From positions 1-64,000 of IMG/VR virus record IMGVR_UViG_3300035659_001663: a stretch of 64,000 nucleotides of DNA; one strand, written 5' to 3'. Of the stretch, positions 48,085-57,148 are shown in pieces. The translations under genes and the position numbers were made by a program. Under the pieces are notes generated by a model. The model was given only the letters and a program-made list of their open reading frames with translations. It did not search any database and was not told the origin of the DNA. Position 1 is the stretch's first letter, and each line of letters begins with the position of its first letter. The stretch comes from a virus.

Positions 48085-48535
48085 AATTGCTAAGACAGCG
48101 CAAGATGACAAGTTGAAAGATTTGGAAAAGCGTATTGAAAATGCTAAAACTCCAGAAGAGTTAAGTGCTATTGAGAAAGAACTCAATGCACTTGAAAGTA
48201 GTGCTGCACCTAAAGATGATAGCAAAAAAGATGCAGCTGATGAAGGTACTGATGATAAGGGCACTCCTGCTAAAGATGAAGATAAAGGAGCTGATGAAGA
48301 TGCTGCTAAACCTGAAGCTGGTGCCGATAAAGATGAAGAAGGCGCTGATAAAGGTGAAGAAGCAGATGATGAAGGTGGTAATGATGTCATGAAGGAATTG
48401 AAAGAAATAAAGAAAGATGTTAGTAGCAAAAAAGATGAAATGCAACAAAAGTTACTGAATGAAATGCAAAAGCTCAATGACCAACTTGGTCTTAACAAAA
48501 TAGTTGATCTAAATGGCACTGTCGACACAATGTAA
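48026..48535 (+). CDS. Acidic low-complexity protein (head module)
   Basis: GAGGAG SD; PDWL...KTA, D/E/K/A-rich core. Confidence 0.7.
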   Translation: MRQNQTPDWLDELITKESHEIAKTAQDDKLKDLEKRIENAKTPEELSAIEKELNALESSAAPKDDSKKDAADEGTDDKGTPAKDEDKGADEDAAKPEAGADKDEEGADKGEEADDEGGNDVMKELKEIKKDVSSKKDEMQQKLLNEMQKLNDQLGLNKIVDLNGTVDTM

Positions 48536-48544
48536 GGACGTCAG

Positions 48545-51118
48545 ATGAATAAAATTCCAAGAATAAAACTTGTACGAGCTACAAGGACTGCGAGTGATTC
48601 AAAACCTACACTCAGTCGGCCTGCTCGTATTGTCAAAAATAGTGCCATCAAAGAGTCGCAACCATCTTTACAATCTGAAACATATCAAGGACCATTAAGA
48701 AAACACAATACTAAGGCAATGAAGATTGTAAATCACTTTGCTAAGACAGCTGCTGCTGATGTCAAGCAAGGCGTGCCATTATTTTATCATCCTGATTTTG
48801 AACCATCATCGTTAATACTACCAAAAGATAGGATGGAAATAAACAGCTGGTGCAATTACTTCTACAAATATGATGCATTAGTTGCAACAGCAGTTGACAT
48901 GCATGCTGAATTGCCGCTTTCAAAAATTCGGCTTGACTTGCCGAAAATGATTAATAAGAAGCAAGCTAATAGAATTCTTGAACATTATGTAGACATGATT
49001 GGAAATACGGGAATTGACTTATTCAATAAACTACTAATGATAGGTGTTGAATACTACAAATTAGGTAATGTATTTCCATGGGCGCAAATGAATGGTGACG
49101 GTACTAGATGGGCAAGATTGACATGTCTTAATCCTGATTACACACATATTGAGAAATTGTCATTGACAAATGCGATAAAAGTATATCTAGTTCCTGATGA
49201 TAGACTTCGACATATAGTTCATGCCGGACCAGACGACAAAAAAACAGGTGAACTCTTTCAAACGTTATCAGACGAAGTAGTTGAATATGTAACTAGTGGT
49301 AAAGAAATTCCACTATCTACTGATCCTAATGAAGGTTCACATGTAGCTCATTTGGCAAGAAAAATTGCAGACTATGCCGACTGGGGAACATCAATTATTG
49401 AGCGCAATTTCAAGACATTAGTTTATAAAGATAGATTACGACAATCGCAAGATGCTATTGCCACAAGACATTTGACGCCGAAACATCTAATTCATGCAGA
49501 ATATGCAAGTAGAGCAGATGTAAATGAAATACGAGAACAAGTTGAAGATGCGATGATGAATCCTGATTCTGCAATCATAACTAACTATGAACTACATTGG
49601 GAACTTGTTGGTACTAGCAGTGGGTTAATGCAATTAGCGACTGAACGAGAATGGGTAACTGAAGATCTTCTTGTTGGATTGATGATTAACAAAAATGTTC
49701 TACTTGGTGAAGGCAATTTTGCTGCTGGACAAACTGTACTAGAAATTCTAAATCAACGGTATGCAATTTTTAGAGAACAACTTGAATCATATATTGAGAA
49801 AAGTTTATTCTTACCAATTGCGCGAAATTGCGGTTATGTTGAATATGAACCAGGAACAGTCAAGAAAGAAAAGAGAGAGATCTACTTATATCCTAAGGTC
49901 AGATGGAATAGACTGAATTTGACTGACGACACACAGCACAAGCAGATGCTTGGTCAAGCAGTTACTGAAGGAAAAGTCGATATTGGCACATGGTTAGAGT
50001 ATTTTGGTTTGAATTCTGATTCTATTGCTGAAAGACTAAAGCAAAATGAAGATACTGTAATGGACCCTGTTTACAATGAATTGAGACGTTCGATAATGAT
50101 GGAAGTCGGACGATCATTAGGGCCTGCAGTAGCAAAAGTATATGCTGAAGCTTATGGACTTGAACTTGAAGATCAAGGCGGCGGCGGAATGGGAATGTTT
50201 GCATCTAGTAAATTACCAATTACTAAGTTTGGAAAAGATTTTGACATTGAATATACTAATGATGGCGGATTAAGTATTAAGCCAAAAATGATAATTGAAG
50301 AACATGATATTCCAAAAGTTGCTGAAACTAGAGAAGAACGTCAACATGATCGTGACGTGAACAAATCTAACAGTGATATTGAAACAGCAAAAGATAATTT
50401 GGAAGTAACAAACATTGATAGCGAGCAATTGAAACCACCAAGAGAAGATTTGAAACGCAAGAAGATGCCAAACATCTTAAAAGCGACGCAAATTTTGAAT
50501 CGAAGATTTGGAACAATAGAAAAAGAAGAAGCCGAAGAACAATCAGTTGACATTCCAATTACTAGCGTCAGTGAATTAGGTTACACTTACGATGAAAACA
50601 CACCGTTGCAATCACAAGAAAAACTTGCGCTAATGAAAGAGAAAAATAGTGCTGTTAATGATGGTCAAGGTCAGATGTCACAACTTTTGTCTAAACAAGG
50701 TGTTGATGAATATACAAGAAAGCTGGTCAAAACAGCTGAAAATGATATAGCTGGAAATTACTACAAGCTAATAAACAAGACAAAGGACAATGGTTTACAA
50801 CAGTTAGCTACAAAAGTAGTAAACAGAATTTATGCAGGAATGTATCATTCATTAGTAAATCCTAAGGAATCAATATTCAAGTCATCACAAGCAATAAAAG
50901 AGGTATTTAGTGATGATGTCAATAAGAGAGCATCAAAACTAGTTCAAAAGATTGAGATCATATCTTCTGCTAATAGGAAAATTGCTCAAAATACATCTAG
51001 TGATAATGTTGCTGGCAAATCGAGAGAAGTATTCGCACAAAACGAACACGGTGTACGAAAAGCTTTTAGAGAAATTGTCAATGAGATCTTTGAAGACATC
51101 AAAGGTACAATGACATGA
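48545..51118 (+). CDS. Portal protein with long C-terminal extension
   Basis: Lies between terL and the protease; FYKYDALVATAVDMHAELP, EYYKLGNVF, LNPD, WGTSII; portal-like core of about 500 aa. Confidence 0.8.
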   Translation: MNKIPRIKLVRATRTASDSKPTLSRPARIVKNSAIKESQPSLQSETYQGPLRKHNTKAMKIVNHFAKTAAADVKQGVPLFYHPDFEPSSLILPKDRMEINSWCNYFYKYDALVATAVDMHAELPLSKIRLDLPKMINKKQANRILEHYVDMIGNTGIDLFNKLLMIGVEYYKLGNVFPWAQMNGDGTRWARLTCLNPDYTHIEKLSLTNAIKVYLVPDDRLRHIVHAGPDDKKTGELFQTLSDEVVEYVTSGKEIPLSTDPNEGSHVAHLARKIADYADWGTSIIERNFKTLVYKDRLRQSQDAIATRHLTPKHLIHAEYASRADVNEIREQVEDAMMNPDSAIITNYELHWELVGTSSGLMQLATEREWVTEDLLVGLMINKNVLLGEGNFAAGQTVLEILNQRYAIFREQLESYIEKSLFLPIARNCGYVEYEPGTVKKEKREIYLYPKVRWNRLNLTDDTQHKQMLGQAVTEGKVDIGTWLEYFGLNSDSIAERLKQNEDTVMDPVYNELRRSIMMEVGRSLGPAVAKVYAEAYGLELEDQGGGGMGMFASSKLPITKFGKDFDIEYTNDGGLSIKPKMIIEEHDIPKVAETREERQHDRDVNKSNSDIETAKDNLEVTNIDSEQLKPPREDLKRKKMPNILKATQILNRRFGTIEKEEAEEQSVDIPITSVSELGYTYDENTPLQSQEKLALMKEKNSAVNDGQGQMSQLLSKQGVDEYTRKLVKTAENDIAGNYYKLINKTKDNGLQQLATKVVNRIYAGMYHSLVNPKESIFKSSQAIKEVFSDDVNKRASKLVQKIEIISSANRKIAQNTSSDNVAGKSREVFAQNEHGVRKAFREIVNEIFEDIKGTMT

Positions 51119-51543
51119 TAAAACAGGCAATGACTATACGTGAACTAATAAGTCGTGCGCCTGCTGAAGTTAAAAGCAGAGCTAAAGAGTATAGACCTTT
51201 GTTTGTTAGATCTAGCAATAATACATGGGTTTATAATGTCGGCGATTACACAGTAAGGATTAAGTTCAAAAAGATACAACCAAGACTTCGTCAGCAGTTG
51301 ACGCAAGTACAGTATGATAAATTAAGAAAGATTAAAGATAGAGACACATTTGTCAGTTGCACATGTAGATTCTGGAAATGGAACGGACCAGATTTCAATG
51401 CTGCTCTTCATGGCTATAGTGAAAGACAGTTTTCAGATTTAAGTGACCCTGCTATAAGGGATCCAGAGCTTAAATACTTAATTTGCAAGCATGTATATGC
51501 AGCGCTGTTGAAATTTAAGCACGATGTCGGCGAAGCCGAATAA
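51115..51543 (+). CDS. SWIM-type Zn-finger protein
   Basis: VSCTC..W.W.G...ICKHVYAAL. Confidence 0.75.
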   Translation: MIKQAMTIRELISRAPAEVKSRAKEYRPLFVRSSNNTWVYNVGDYTVRIKFKKIQPRLRQQLTQVQYDKLRKIKDRDTFVSCTCRFWKWNGPDFNAALHGYSERQFSDLSDPAIRDPELKYLICKHVYAALLKFKHDVGEAE

Positions 51544-51600
51544 TGGCTTTATCTTCTAAATACATAATATAGCTCGAAAATTTAACCAGGAGTCAAGCAC

Positions 51601-53343
51601 ATGTTCACAAAACATGGAGCAGTTTTTGCTATAACTGGATCCGATAGAATTAAGACTGCTAGCGACTGGTCTGATGTTGTAAATAAGACATCAACAGCCG
51701 AAGGCATTGTCATAAACAAAAATATGGAACCCGGTAATGCACAAAAAATAGTATGCCAAATAGATATCAATAAATACATCTATATACATACTACAATTAT
51801 GGCATCCGTTGATCTGGAACCAGAATCAGACTATTATATTACAAGAGCTACTGAAAAATATATCAACACTAACGGTGATGCTTGGCCTCGTGACATACTA
51901 CTTAAAGACTACCGAACGTTTGTCGATAATGGCATCGTCTATGTTGAACACGATCAAAGTCCTGAGCATGCAAAAGGTAAAGTGCTTGACGCAATTGCTC
52001 GTGACATGGGTGACACAATTCTTGTAGATCTGTTATTCTGTGTCGATAAACGACATTCTGATTTAGTACATAACATTGAGACAGGATTAGCGAATGCAGT
52101 TTCAATGGGATGCACGACAAAATACACTATATGTTCTATTTGTGGAAACGTTGCACATGATGAAAAAGAATATTGCAATCATGTAAAGAATCAAAAGAAT
52201 CAAATGGTCAAATGTGCTGACGGTCAGTATAGAAAAGCATGTGAAGTTTGCTTTGAAAATACATTCTATGACTGCTCAATCGTTGCAAATCCTGCATTTG
52301 CAGGGGCTGTTTTTAGGAAATTAGTCGCAGCTGATAAAGTTTCAATGCAGATGCTATCTAACATGCTATGTAGGAAAATTAGCTCTTCAGAATTCCAAAA
52401 TGAAGTATCGAAATTTGATATTATGTCAAAATTTGCTTCTGTAGATACAGATAAGAACCATCCAATGGAAAGAGCAGCAGATGAACAAAATTCAAAAGAC
52501 TATGCACCTGATGAAGAAGGTCGGTATAGTGATATTCCTTATAATGATCCTCATAACACTTTACCAGCTTTTGATGAACAGCAGGCTGAGAGTGTGGTGG
52601 ATGCTGGAAAGAGCAAAAAGAAAACTGCAAACGTTGCAAAGTGCAGCGACTATGGCTCGTTAGTCATATTGAATGACCAATACAATGTGCCGCCACGTGA
52701 TAGAGTCGCTAAGACTATTTTTAACTTCATAAGTAAAAACACTGTCGGTCGTCTTGTCGGTCGTGAAGCAAACACTTGCGCGATATATTTTAACAAATTC
52801 GGTATGATTAGAAACATTCCTTCAGAAATGGTCGCACAATATGTAATGAGTGCTCCAGAAATTACTAAGAAAGCTAAAAAAGTTAGTGATGAAGAATTGT
52901 CAATACAAAGAAAAGGTACTTATTTACCTACTAATACTAGATTTCAAATCTTAAAAGTAACTGACGATGATGTCGAAGTTAGATGGCTTGACGGCGAAAA
53001 GATGGGACAAAAAGAAATTCTACCAAAGAAAGATTGCAAGAGCGATGCAATCAAATGGGCCAGTGCTGATAAAATTGCTTCATTTGATGCGACATGGAAT
53101 GGCAAACATTACCAAGTTAAAAAAGCTGAATGGAATGAGAAAGTCGCAAATGTACTTGATCAATTCGAGACTCATATTGACAATGTACAACATGACATAA
53201 CTTGCATATCACCGCTTGCTAATGGTAAGAAGTATGCAAAGTCATTTAAGATTAGAACTAAAATTGCTAGCACTAATTTCAAATTTGATGCTGTTGTGAA
53301 TAATGATGATCTGCACATCGATGTAAATGCCACAAATTGGTGA
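51601..53343 (+). CDS. Prohead maturation protease (HK97/assemblin-like fold) with Zn ribbon and C-terminal extension
   Basis: NTNGDAW, VEHD...KGKVLDA, VSMG (catalytic Ser candidate), CSICG...CNH, SIVANPA; position between portal and scaffold. Confidence 0.78.
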   Translation: MFTKHGAVFAITGSDRIKTASDWSDVVNKTSTAEGIVINKNMEPGNAQKIVCQIDINKYIYIHTTIMASVDLEPESDYYITRATEKYINTNGDAWPRDILLKDYRTFVDNGIVYVEHDQSPEHAKGKVLDAIARDMGDTILVDLLFCVDKRHSDLVHNIETGLANAVSMGCTTKYTICSICGNVAHDEKEYCNHVKNQKNQMVKCADGQYRKACEVCFENTFYDCSIVANPAFAGAVFRKLVAADKVSMQMLSNMLCRKISSSEFQNEVSKFDIMSKFASVDTDKNHPMERAADEQNSKDYAPDEEGRYSDIPYNDPHNTLPAFDEQQAESVVDAGKSKKKTANVAKCSDYGSLVILNDQYNVPPRDRVAKTIFNFISKNTVGRLVGREANTCAIYFNKFGMIRNIPSEMVAQYVMSAPEITKKAKKVSDEELSIQRKGTYLPTNTRFQILKVTDDDVEVRWLDGEKMGQKEILPKKDCKSDAIKWASADKIASFDATWNGKHYQVKKAEWNEKVANVLDQFETHIDNVQHDITCISPLANGKKYAKSFKIRTKIASTNFKFDAVVNNDDLHIDVNATNW

Positions 53344-53381
53344 TGGTCCCTATAAGCTAGTCTGCTACATTAGATTCAATC

Positions 53382-53464
53382 AATTAAGACATATTCAATG
53401 ATTGTTGGTGATCACGACATACAGCTATTTATGTGTGTCATTGACAATTTCAGATGTCTTAATT
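53382..53464 (+). promoter_or_regulatory. Long imperfect RNA hairpin upstream of the scaffold-capsid genes
   Basis: AATTAAGACAT/ATGTCTTAATT outer stem; ATTGTTGGT/ATTGACAAT and GACATACA/TGTGTGTC inner stems with G-U pairs. Confidence 0.6.
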
Positions 53465-53552
53465 TTAGATTAGATATTGTTGCTAGAAGGTAAAAGTAAC
53501 TTTGCTTGACACCAAAGATGCCGATATACATGATCAACTAAGGAGGATTGCG

Positions 53553-55403
53553 ATGGACAAGTGGACTGCAAAGGTACATGTTTCAGGAACTCGCATTCAG
53601 CTTCTCAAGAACGGTAGTGTAACTAAGGTCATCAAAGCTAGCACTGAAACTTTCAAGCCGATCGAAGCTAAGGCATTTGCTGAGAACTTGGTTAATACTA
53701 TCAATGCAAAACAAGCGAAGCAGATGACAGATCCTGATGCAGCACCTGCTATTGATACAAAGGGAGAAGAACAGGCGAAGGCTTTGAAGGCTCTTGGTCA
53801 AGATGCAAAAGGCATCTCTGTCAAAGAAGCTTCGGCTATTACTGAAGAAAATAAGTCATTGAAGAAGAAGGTTGCACGGCTCGAAAAGGAAGCAACAATT
53901 GAGAGAAAAGCACGTCGTGGACTTGCAATTGCTAAGACGATGGTCCAACAGAAGAAGATTGCAAACGATGAATCTGCTATTAAAGCAGAAGTCATGAAGA
54001 TCGTTGCGATGTCGAATGATGAAATCGGCCTGCTCGAAAAGAAAGTTGCAGGAGCTCCTCTTTACAACTCTGCTGATGAAGCTGCTACTGCTGGACGACG
54101 TTATGCTCGTATGGCAAGACTGCACAGACAAGCTGCTGAAGATGCTGAGCTCGCAGAGAATACAGATCTTGCTGATGATGAAGATAAACAGGCTGCTAAG
54201 TACGAGACTCTGTCTAAAGAAGCTGCTTGCGAAGCTGAAAAGTGCTACGCACAGATGGATGCTGCGAAGGTCGATTCTACGAAGCCTGACGATGCAGTGA
54301 ATCAGGTCAAAGACGAGGCTAAGGGCGTCGACGCGCAGGGTAAGAAGACAGCTTCTGATGATAAGGATGCTGATGATGTTGATGGTGACAAAGATGAAGA
54401 AGAAGAATTCATAGACGATGAAAAGGTAGCATCTGATGATGACGACGAAGATGATGTTGAGGAAGAAGAAGACGAAGACTTTGAGATTGAAGCAGCTGCA
54501 GCTATTTACCGGAAGATAGCTTCTGATCATACTGCTAAGTCTGAAGAATTCAAGAAGGCAGGAAAAGAAACTGAAGCTGCGACAGAACTCGAAGTTGCGA
54601 AAGAAGCTGCTGAACTTGCTGACGACATTGAGAGTGATGAAGATGAGGATGAAGAAGATCTAAGCAAGGAAGCTGCTGCAATCTATCGCAAGATCGCAGC
54701 TGAACATCGTAAGAAGGCAGACGAACTTGAAGCTGAAGGCAAGACACCAGAAGCTGATGTAGAAGATGAAATTGCTGACGAATCTGAACAACTCGCTGCA
54801 AGTGTTGAATCTTCATTGGCGAAGAAAGCTGATGACGATGACTCTGACAGTTCAGACGATGATGCGAAAGCTCTTAAGGGCGACCCGATGAAAATGGAAA
54901 CAGAAGGCAAGGTCGCAGAAGATGAAGGCTGCAAGAAAGTATCAGATGATGATGCGAAGAAACCCGCTCCTGAAGTTATGCCTGAAGACACTGCTGCTGT
55001 TGCAGACACTACTGATGAAGTAACAGACAAAGAAGCCAAGAAGACACCAGCTACTACTGATGAAGATGACCCCTTGGCAGCACTGTTAACAGACGACGAA
55101 GCTAAAGCTGCAAGCGCTGATGAAGATGAATCAACTGAAGGCGATGATGCTACAATGCCTTCTGATGATGAAATTGATGCAGCTGTTGCAGGAGATTCAG
55201 ATGAAGATGAAGTGGCGCCAACTGAAGAAGAGGTCGATGCAGGAGATTCTAAAGAAGCTACAACTTCAAAGGGATCCAAAAAGATCGCCAATGAAGGCCA
55301 TAGCAAACAGGCATCTTATGACAGAATCGAACAGAATCAGTATGCATCAGATCCTCAAGTACGCGAGCTCGAAAGTCTCTGGCGCCCAGAAGAAAATGCA
55401 TAA
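53553..55403 (+). CDS. Capsid scaffolding/core protein (highly acidic)
   Basis: AAGGAGG SD; coiled-coil and D/E-rich; repeated EAAAAIYRKIA/KEAAAIYRKIA; precedes decoration and MCP genes. Confidence 0.75.
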   Translation: MDKWTAKVHVSGTRIQLLKNGSVTKVIKASTETFKPIEAKAFAENLVNTINAKQAKQMTDPDAAPAIDTKGEEQAKALKALGQDAKGISVKEASAITEENKSLKKKVARLEKEATIERKARRGLAIAKTMVQQKKIANDESAIKAEVMKIVAMSNDEIGLLEKKVAGAPLYNSADEAATAGRRYARMARLHRQAAEDAELAENTDLADDEDKQAAKYETLSKEAACEAEKCYAQMDAAKVDSTKPDDAVNQVKDEAKGVDAQGKKTASDDKDADDVDGDKDEEEEFIDDEKVASDDDDEDDVEEEEDEDFEIEAAAAIYRKIASDHTAKSEEFKKAGKETEAATELEVAKEAAELADDIESDEDEDEEDLSKEAAAIYRKIAAEHRKKADELEAEGKTPEADVEDEIADESEQLAASVESSLAKKADDDDSDSSDDDAKALKGDPMKMETEGKVAEDEGCKKVSDDDAKKPAPEVMPEDTAAVADTTDEVTDKEAKKTPATTDEDDPLAALLTDDEAKAASADEDESTEGDDATMPSDDEIDAAVAGDSDEDEVAPTEEEVDAGDSKEATTSKGSKKIANEGHSKQASYDRIEQNQYASDPQVRELESLWRPEENA

Positions 55404-55436
55404 ACGTAACTCAACAATCACTCGGAGGTTCTTCAC

Positions 55437-55934
55437 ATGCTTATTATCAAATACCCTGGCAACAGGAACACGCTCTACAGCTTGAATGCGACGGGTTTCA
55501 CCCGCCCCAATACAGCTGCTGAAGCAGGACGCACTCTCGGTCGCATCCCGGCCAATGCACCTGCAGGCGCTCTCGGCGGAATGGCAGCGATGATGAGTGG
55601 CAGCTATGAAGCCAACATCTGCGTGAACGACAAACCGGTCGGATTCTTCTTGAATGATGCAGCAGGCTCGGCATATGAAAATACGCCAACTGTTGCTTCT
55701 GGCAAGCTCACGGTCATGACCGGTCAAGGCTCATACGAGACTGACATCTATGAGACAGTCAAGGAAGCCGGCGGCGCGCTTGACACTGCATGGACAGCTT
55801 CTCTCGGTCTCCCGCTGTATGTTTCAAACTTCGGCCTCCTCACGACCGAAAGCACTGGTTCGATCATCGTCGGCTATGTGACAAAGGCACCGGCAACTGA
55901 CAACCCGATGCTTGGTTTCAATACGACAATCTAA
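55437..55934 (+). CDS. Head decoration/cement protein
   Basis: GGAGG SD; PVGFFLND...SGKLTV..G.G.YETD.YE...LYVS..GLLT...VG.VTK.P; immediately upstream of MCP. Confidence 0.75.
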   Translation: MLIIKYPGNRNTLYSLNATGFTRPNTAAEAGRTLGRIPANAPAGALGGMAAMMSGSYEANICVNDKPVGFFLNDAAGSAYENTPTVASGKLTVMTGQGSYETDIYETVKEAGGALDTAWTASLGLPLYVSNFGLLTTESTGSIIVGYVTKAPATDNPMLGFNTTI

Positions 55935-56001
55935 GTAGCTAGCTGCAATTGCTAATGCAAAAAGAAATTGAACGATCAACAATCTTTAAGGAGTCGAAAA
56001 A

Positions 56002-56874
56002 ATGAAACTTACACCGGCCCAAAGAGAAGCAGTTGTTAACAAGCTTCTCCAGACTGCTGAAGGCAAGATGAAGCTTGCTGCTTCGATGCAGAACCCGTTG
56101 CGCGAAAGGCTTGACTACGAAGGCGTATTTCGCCGGGCTATCGTGGTGGATCCGCTCCCTCAGGGCGCACTTCCCTACTACGATAAGGACATCAACGTCC
56201 CTGCTATCGTAATCTCTGAAGAAGGCAAGACACCGGAAACGATCGTCAAGGGAAAGCGTATCCTGATTCCCCTGTTCGAACTCGGATCGAACCCGAAGAT
56301 TCCGTTCACACAGGTCAAGGAACGCCGTTACAATCTCATTGACCGTGCACAAGACAAGGCCAAACAGGAAATCCAGGCTGCTGAAGACGAGCTCGGATTC
56401 TCTGCTTTCGACGTTGCAATTGCACAGGTTGACCCGATCACTGGCGTCCCCTTCAATGCTACAATCGGTGCAGCTGGCTCGCTCGACCGTGACGCACTTG
56501 CTGACGGCTTTGCCGAAATTGAGAAACATGACCTTCGTGTTGCACGCATGTTCATGAATGCACGTGACTACAGCGACATCCGTAAGTGGGGCCGGGACCA
56601 ACTGGACCCGATCACACAGGAGAGCTTGCTGAACACGGGCCTCATGGGAATGATCTGGGGAGCAGAAATCATCGTTAGCCGTATCGTTCCGATCGGCACG
56701 GTCTATGTCTGCACGGAAGAGAAACACCTCGGAATCATGCCGCAGCGTATCGACATCACGGTACTTCCTGCTGACGACCCCGATAGCAGATTGGTCGGCT
56801 GGTCAATTTTCGAACAAATTGGAATAGGTGTCTGGAACCCGCGCGGAGTGGGCTCGATCTTGATAACCAGGTAA
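56002..56874 (+). CDS. Major capsid protein (HK97 fold)
   Basis: KLAASMQNPLRERLDYEG..RR..VVD.LPQG, P.FE...P.I..., FMNARDYSDIRKWG, G.IWGA.I.VS; strongly biased high-expression codons. Confidence 0.9.
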   Translation: MKLTPAQREAVVNKLLQTAEGKMKLAASMQNPLRERLDYEGVFRRAIVVDPLPQGALPYYDKDINVPAIVISEEGKTPETIVKGKRILIPLFELGSNPKIPFTQVKERRYNLIDRAQDKAKQEIQAAEDELGFSAFDVAIAQVDPITGVPFNATIGAAGSLDRDALADGFAEIEKHDLRVARMFMNARDYSDIRKWGRDQLDPITQESLLNTGLMGMIWGAEIIVSRIVPIGTVYVCTEEKHLGIMPQRIDITVLPADDPDSRLVGWSIFEQIGIGVWNPRGVGSILITR

Positions 56875-56912
56875 GTAAGTAGTCGAGCAAATTAAACTGT
56901 CAGTCAGTTTAG

Positions 56913-56945
56913 ATAGCAGCCTTTCAAAAAGGCTGCTATTTTTTT
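56913..56945 (+). terminator. Intrinsic terminator after MCP
   Basis: ATAGCAGCCTT/AAGGCTGCTAT stem plus T-run. Confidence 0.85.
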
Positions 56946-57024
56946 GTCTAAGTGCTCTTCTTCTTAATTTAATCGTGATTAGATACCTCTCTCTCATAAA
57001 CTCTTTGCTGTTTTCATTACCAAT

Positions 57025-57060
57025 GATCCTGATACTCGCTTGGTTGGTTGGACTATTTTT
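57025..57060 (+). repeat. Recoded 36-nt copy of an MCP C-terminal segment (56776-56811)
   Basis: GATCCTGATACTCGCTTGGTTGGTTGGACTATTTTT encodes DPDTRLVGWTIF vs MCP DPDSRLVGWSIF; 25/36 nt and 10/12 aa identical. Confidence 0.85.
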
Positions 57061-57148
57061 GTCATATAATCATAATTATTTTATTTTTATTGTAAATCAT
57101 CGTAAAAAGATTATATATTATAATCATAAGATTAAAAAAGGAGGAAAC

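Noticed and set aside
53583-56727. Long minus-strand ORFs (e.g. 53856-54530, 54683-55306, 55939-56727)
   Set aside because: Antisense shadows of the biased-codon scaffold and MCP genes; Ser/Phe/Leu-rich, with no motifs or SD.
56975-57148. Hydrophobic N-terminal extension of the HNH ORF (GTG start) as a membrane anchor
   Set aside because: The strong AAGGAGG SD is at ATG 57149; the upstream part is T-rich intergenic DNA that contains the MCP copy in a different frame.
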